DNA of 64,000 nucleotides from a plasmid: sequence record CP104424.1; one strand, 5' to 3'. Shown piece by piece: positions 59,005 to 64,000 of this stretch (position 1 is its first letter; each line of letters starts with the position of its first letter). The notes under the pieces were generated by a model. It saw only the letters and a program-made list of their open reading frames with translations, ran no database searches and was not told where the DNA came from. The position numbers and the translations under genes were made by a program.

Positions 59005-60099
59005 TTACTGCTTCAGCATGTCACTGATGCCGTAAATGGCACTGACCATATTGATGATGAAGAGAAATACCAGCAGACCTGATATAGCAGTAATAATAAT
59101 GCCGCTTTTTCTGACACTCTTTTTTGCTTCTTCCAGCCAGCGGTCTGCATAAAGCGCCATACTGGCAACACTGTCCTCCCTTTCTGAATTTAAAAGAAGA
59201 TTATTCACACAGGATTTTGACGGAAAGTCATAACCACTGTTTTTCATGGCCAGTGCCAGTGACTGACCGGATAAGACATTTTTTCTGATAGCACTTATTC
59301 GTGATTTTAACCATCGGTTATGTTCTGCATGTTTTTCTATTCTGGTAAGGGCATGAGATAAAGGAATATTTATCTGCAGCATGGATGAAATATTAAAAAG
59401 GTAATTCACGCCATGGAATGTCTGATACAGGGACCACGGCGGGATGCGATCAAGATACCGTCGTCGGGGACCTTTATACAGACTGAATGACATCCTGATG
59501 AGAATTGCCAGCAGAAGCAGTCCAGCCAGCAGCCACAAACCATAACCGATAACCAGCTCGGAGGATTTGGCCAGAATGACCATCTGCACTGACCAGCGTT
59601 CTTCCGGTGCAAAGGCGCTGATCATCGGAATAACCCGGGTATGAACGTTATACATATTCACCACACAGAGCGTCAGCAGGATGAGCGGATAGAGGCAGAC
59701 ACTCACCAGACTGCTAATCATCTCCTGTCGTCCTTTTGCCGTTTTGACAACCTGAAACATGGCTTCAGCGATATCACCGCGCTCTTCACCGTTACGGATC
59801 AGGGCAATTTCATCTTTGGGTACCCAGTCCTTCAGGGCCGGAGAGAGCTGACCACTGCTGCGTATGCTGGCGATACAGTCTGTCGCCAGAAAATACAGGC
59901 CGGACTGCCCTTTCTTTTTACCAAAATCCGTTTCCACATCGCAGATGAACTCCAGTGCCCGCATAACCGGTGTGCCGTCCCGGATCATGCCTGCAAGGGA
60001 CTCGTAAAACGTAGTCCGCCTGAACGTCTTTTTGCCCAGCCAGCGGTTAAGGCCGGACAGTTCCAGTTCCGTATTGTTGAGTCTTTCCAGAATTTTCAT
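59005..60099 (-). CDS. pilR: PilR, PilC/GspF-like polytopic platform protein (364 aa)
   Basis: Size; TM topology. Confidence 0.85.
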   Translation of the reverse strand: MKILERLNNTELELSGLNRWLGKKTFRRTTFYESLAGMIRDGTPVMRALEFICDVETDFGKKKGQSGLYFLATDCIASIRSSGQLSPALKDWVPKDEIALIRNGEERGDIAEAMFQVVKTAKGRQEMISSLVSVCLYPLILLTLCVVNMYNVHTRVIPMISAFAPEERWSVQMVILAKSSELVIGYGLWLLAGLLLLAILIRMSFSLYKGPRRRYLDRIPPWSLYQTFHGVNYLFNISSMLQINIPLSHALTRIEKHAEHNRWLKSRISAIRKNVLSGQSLALAMKNSGYDFPSKSCVNNLLLNSEREDSVASMALYADRWLEEAKKSVRKSGIIITAISGLLVFLFIINMVSAIYGISDMLKQ

Positions 60100-60100
60100 A

Positions 60101-61609
60101 TCAGTGCAGCAGCGTATAGCTGTCCTCGTCTACAGGGGATATGTAATGCGCAGCCAGCGGATCGACCTGACCACTGTTGATTTTGCCCAGCAGGTGCTGA
60201 TTTCGTGTCATACCGCCGAGCTCCCGGTGCCAGTAGGTTTTTGCCTCAATCCGGCCTTTTTCCCGGTAAATCTGGAAAAACTTCGCATCCGGGGAAATCA
60301 CTTCTGCAATGACGGTCCGGCCGTTCACTCCACGCCAGCAGTGTGGGCAGCCGTTATGGTTACGAAGATACACGGCATCGGGCTGGCAGAAGTTTTCCAC
60401 CAGGCGTCGTTCTTCATCCGTCCGGGAGCTCTCCACCTCATGCCAGGGGAGGCGGCAGTGGGGACATATCACCTGAACCAGACGCTGGCTGAGCAGGCCG
60501 ATAAATAACTGCGGATCTGCAATCATCCTTGCCTGAACGCCCTCCATTTCCAGACGCTCAAGAATATTTATCGGGTCGTTAGCATGAAGGGTGGTCAGCA
60601 TCAGGTGACCGGTCATGGCGGCTTTTATCGCCGTGATGGCGGAGGCATGGTCACGTATCTCCCCGTTCAGGATAGCGTCAGGATCAAGGCGCAGGGCGGA
60701 CTTAACAGAATCGACCCAGCCCTGAGCGGTATCCATAACGGCCGTCTGAATTGCACCGGGGATACGCCCCTCTGGTGGTGATTCTATTGTGAACAGACGT
60801 CGCCGGGGGAGCAGGATCCCTCCGGTATCGTTGAAGCCATACTGTTCCAGATAGGCGGCAGAAGCCGTCCTCAGCGTGGTGGATTTTCCGGAACCGGTGG
60901 GGCCAGAGAGGATCACGATGCCCTCCGGTCGCTGCAGCATCCTTCGGACAGCGCGCTCCTGCTCAGGGTGATACCCCAGCATACTGAATGTCGGTATATG
61001 CTGACTGTCATCCTTGATCAGACGCAGTACGGCATAGAGCCCGCCCACACACGGATAGTGGGAGTAGCGTGCACCAAACAGTCCGGCCAGTTTCAGGAAT
61101 CTTTCAGCCAGACGGGCATCCTGGGGGACACCGGGATCAAACTGTGTTCCCTTTATGACGTCAGTCATTCCGGAATAGGTGGCCCCCAGTAATTCCAGCC
61201 CCTCATCTTTTCTGACGATATCGAGCAGCTCCAGCTCTCCGTGGACACGGGCCTCCAGATACGTGAAATCCGTACTGTCACGCCCCGGCGTGATGTGAAG
61301 ATCTGAGGCGCTGAGGGTGGCCGCATGGCTGATATACCCGAGCATTTTTTGCTGTACGGGGTTAATTCCGTTTTCCACCCCGGAAATGACCGTCTCCTGC
61401 CGGAGTCGGGCGATCACATCAAGTGTGGTGAACTCAAACGGGGATACTTTACCCGGATAGCGGGAGCACAGGCGGGTCAGATAATCCTGGACGGCACGAA
61501 GGTGTTTTTTTCCTTCCACCACTCTGACACGAATTTGTCCTGTTTTATCTGTATCAACAACCACGTAATCCAGAATGTCATCAGGTGGCTGGTCTGCAGG
61601 TGCCAGCAT
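60101..61609 (-). CDS. pilQ: PilQ, PilB/GspE-like assembly ATPase (502 aa)
   Basis: Walker A GPTGSGKST; tetracysteine CPHC...C..C. Confidence 0.9.
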   Translation of the reverse strand: MLAPADQPPDDILDYVVVDTDKTGQIRVRVVEGKKHLRAVQDYLTRLCSRYPGKVSPFEFTTLDVIARLRQETVISGVENGINPVQQKMLGYISHAATLSASDLHITPGRDSTDFTYLEARVHGELELLDIVRKDEGLELLGATYSGMTDVIKGTQFDPGVPQDARLAERFLKLAGLFGARYSHYPCVGGLYAVLRLIKDDSQHIPTFSMLGYHPEQERAVRRMLQRPEGIVILSGPTGSGKSTTLRTASAAYLEQYGFNDTGGILLPRRRLFTIESPPEGRIPGAIQTAVMDTAQGWVDSVKSALRLDPDAILNGEIRDHASAITAIKAAMTGHLMLTTLHANDPINILERLEMEGVQARMIADPQLFIGLLSQRLVQVICPHCRLPWHEVESSRTDEERRLVENFCQPDAVYLRNHNGCPHCWRGVNGRTVIAEVISPDAKFFQIYREKGRIEAKTYWHRELGGMTRNQHLLGKINSGQVDPLAAHYISPVDEDSYTLLH

Positions 61610-61711
61610 AAAATCTCCTTACGGGCAGCGGTACCCGGAAACGATTTTTTTGTGATTAAGGGCCGGGGGAATAATCTGTTCCGACAGCCGCCTGTAAATG
61701 GCGGCACTGAG

Positions 61712-62170
61712 TCAGGGTTGTAGTGTTGTTCTGATACCATTTTGTTCAAGGACAACACTGTCAGTGGTGATCTTTTCCACGCGGAATGTGGTGCCGGGAA
61801 TGTGTTGCCCTTCTTTTACATCAGCAGTTCGTCCGCCCGGCAGTTGTATCCTGGCGGTTATCTGGGGCTGAACTCCGGATATCTCTGTCAGCCGGGGAAT
61901 ACCGGTAATGGGGGCAGGGGTATCTGTCGTGACGGCTGAACTGCTTTCCTGTGAATGCACAGGCTCAGCTGGTTCTCCCTGCTCCAGGGTTCTGAGTTCA
62001 TGTCGCACCTTTTCTCTTGCCAGCATGGCTTCATACAGTGCAGTTTCTTCCTGAATCTGTTCCACCTGGAGTTGCCGGTTATTCTGTTGCATGTTGCTGA
62101 TGGTGCTGGCCGCGACCGTTGTCGGCAGGATCAGGACGGAAAGCAGAAGAGCTTTTGTTTTACTGGACAT
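61712..62170 (-). CDS. pilP: PilP (152 aa)
   Basis: Signal peptide; position. Confidence 0.7.
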   Translation of the reverse strand: MSSKTKALLLSVLILPTTVAASTISNMQQNNRQLQVEQIQEETALYEAMLAREKVRHELRTLEQGEPAEPVHSQESSSAVTTDTPAPITGIPRLTEISGVQPQITARIQLPGGRTADVKEGQHIPGTTFRVEKITTDSVVLEQNGIRTTLQP

Positions 62171-63455
62171 AATATTTACCTGTGAATTGATAACGGAAAC
62201 GACCCTCTTCCAGTTGCCTTGTTACGGAGATAAAACGGACGGAGGGTTCACTGAAATGCTCTGCCACCTGGTGCGCCGGAAGTGTCGTCAGTATCTGCAG
62301 GTCATACTCCTTCCAGGGGGGCTGGATGGTATTTCCGTCTTCATCGGTGAAGCTGTTGCTGACTTCCTGCCAGTCCATTTTCAGCTGCATCGACCGGGCG
62401 AGTGTGGTCAGCCGTTCCTGCAGGAGGGTGTTTTCCGGTAATGCCTCAACGGCAACGGGAGTTTCAGGCATACTGAAGGTGACCGGCAGGGCAAAACCAC
62501 CGCTATTCCCGTCCGGCATAACCATAAACGGCCGGATGCTGAAAATTTCCCTGACCCGCTGGCTGAATGCGGTCACTGTCGTCCCGGCGATGTTTGTATA
62601 TGATGCACGCAGATTGCCGCTGTTCCCGGTGGCAGCACACTCGGCGAGTGAATATCGCCAGCCGGCGACTGACACCGGCAGGCGTGACCATACGTCACTG
62701 CATCCCCGGATAAAATCTCCGGTTTCCGGCATACTCAGCCACGGTGGTGTGATCCGTTCCTCTGCGGCTTTTTGTGCTGCTTCAGCAAGTGCTGCTTTTT
62801 CTGCCTTCAGGCGTTCATAGTACTGCCAGCCATACCATGCAGTACCCAGAAGGGTGAGTATGAGTAATACCGGAATAAGCTGTGGCCCACGGGATACGGG
62901 GTGAAGGCGTGCCTCTGCCGGATATTTCCCTGCACCTGTCAGAGTTTCCAGTGGCAGGGGACCTCTGCCGTCAGGCCCGTTAAACGAGGGCGGTTCATAA
63001 CATGTCCAGCCGTGTTCAGGCGCGCTGTTAATGGTGAGGAATATTTCCCGGGCCTCCCTGATTTCCTCCCGGGTTCCCACCAGGTCACTGACCAGGATGC
63101 CGTCAACAGCAGAAACAAAACCATAAAGTTCTGTATCGTTTGCCTGTGACAGTTCAACGATAGCGTATCCTCCTGACTCGAGCAGGGGCAGGATAAGCAT
63201 GGCGAGAGAGAAATACCTGCGGCTGCCTTTGGGGAGTGTATTCTGGCTGACGGCTGCAACCATGATGTGACGATCGGTATCTTCCGTACTGAGATACTCA
63301 CAGGAAATATAGCGTACTGCCCCCAGACTGCGGGCAAACGTCCGGGGGTTTTTATGGCTTGCGGGCAGTGTTTTCCAGTCCATTCCGGCAAGAAATACAT
63401 TCCGTCCTGCCGTCAGCGGAAACACCTGGCGCTCTGTCGGTGAAATATCCGTCAC
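62160..63455 (-). CDS. pilO: PilO (431 aa)
   Basis: Position; TM segment. Confidence 0.75.
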   Translation of the reverse strand: MTDISPTERQVFPLTAGRNVFLAGMDWKTLPASHKNPRTFARSLGAVRYISCEYLSTEDTDRHIMVAAVSQNTLPKGSRRYFSLAMLILPLLESGGYAIVELSQANDTELYGFVSAVDGILVSDLVGTREEIREAREIFLTINSAPEHGWTCYEPPSFNGPDGRGPLPLETLTGAGKYPAEARLHPVSRGPQLIPVLLILTLLGTAWYGWQYYERLKAEKAALAEAAQKAAEERITPPWLSMPETGDFIRGCSDVWSRLPVSVAGWRYSLAECAATGNSGNLRASYTNIAGTTVTAFSQRVREIFSIRPFMVMPDGNSGGFALPVTFSMPETPVAVEALPENTLLQERLTTLARSMQLKMDWQEVSNSFTDEDGNTIQPPWKEYDLQILTTLPAHQVAEHFSEPSVRFISVTRQLEEGRFRYQFTGKYYVQ

Positions 63456-63475
63456 GATAGTCCTCCTTCTGCAAA

Positions 63476-64000
63476 TCAGATGATATTGGGCGTGATCAGC
63501 ACCACGAGAATGGTGTCGTCGTTTTCACTGTTGATCCCACCGCCAAGACCGAAGAATCCCGGTGTGCCGACACCCTGTTTTCCACTGCGACGCCCTGACT
63601 GCTGGAAGCCACTGATAATGACTGTCTGCCCGGATTTCAGGTCCACTGTCTGGTTGATGGTTTTCAGATCCACATTCGGCAGCTGGGCTTTGCTTCCACC
63701 ACTCTCGTAATTCTCAATAACCGGTTTGTCGGAGAGACTCATGGAATAGAGCAGCTGCAGTGTCTGTGAGTCCGGGAGAATGAACGGCAGAAGGGTCATA
63801 TTAAAACCGGTGGTGATGGTGGCCGCATTCAGGGAGGTGGATGAGCCGACATTGGCGGTGGTATCCGTCGTCACACTCTCAATGTAGCTCTGCTGATTGG
63901 CAATCTGCATCGGTACCGGGGTCAGGTTTTTGGTCACGGCGGAATTCCGGGTTACCACACTGACATCTCCCTGGGAAGAGAGTGCTTTCAGGAAGGCTTT
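63476..64000 (-). CDS. pilN: PilN secretin, C-terminal part (5-prime end beyond the window)
   Basis: Secretin C-domain ...VIISGFQQS...GVPGFFGLGGG...LVVLITPNII; frame stays open to base 64000. Confidence 0.8.
   Translation of the reverse strand, partial: KAFLKALSSQGDVSVVTRNSAVTKNLTPVPMQIANQQSYIESVTTDTTANVGSSTSLNAATITTGFNMTLLPFILPDSQTLQLLYSMSLSDKPVIENYESGGSKAQLPNVDLKTINQTVDLKSGQTVIISGFQQSGRRSGKQGVGTPGFFGLGGGINSENDDTILVVLITPNII

Overview
This window reads as one continuous block of an IncI1 / I-complex (R64 / ColIb-P9-like) conjugative plasmid. In order it contains: (1) The leading region (1-12.4 kb), all on the + strand: KlcA/ArdB-like gene, ssb, ParB-like nuclease gene, psiB, psiA, ardA, an Rpn (YhgA-like) nuclease gene, a DUF4942 gene and several acidic unknown ORFs. 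Three ~0.4-0.58 kb Frpo/ssi-type GC-rich repeat elements sit immediately upstream of ssb (1.27-1.85 kb), orf144 (7.6-8.2 kb) and the DUF4942 gene (11.2-11.5 kb). (2) oriT (~12.85-13.0 kb) with a MOBP-type nick motif on the minus strand, followed by nikA and nikB. (3) trbC, trbB and trbA on the minus strand. (4) An accessory block (21.1-25.4 kb) carrying nuc (thermonuclease), several small unknown ORFs and the pndCA hok-family toxin module. (5) An AT-rich cargo island (25.4-28.1 kb). Its single large gene encodes a sigma-70-region-4-like HTH fused to a TnsA-like PD-(D/E)xK nuclease domain. The gene is split after codon 16 by a complete IS1 (768 bp, 9-bp target duplication TCCATGGAG). (6) excA, then the Dot/Icm-like tra operon (traY down to traE), including the sogL primase. 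A ~1.06-kb insertion flanked by imperfect 44-bp direct repeats sits between traK and sog; it carries an AT-rich membrane-anchored ORF. (7) The rci recombinase with the pilV shufflon (19-bp sfx repeats), and the thin-pilus operon pilV to pilN (pilN runs off the window end). The most unusual items are the IS1-interrupted HTH-nuclease cargo gene, the traK/sog insertion, and the set of uncharacterised acidic ORFs driven by single-strand-promoter repeats (candidate anti-defence genes).
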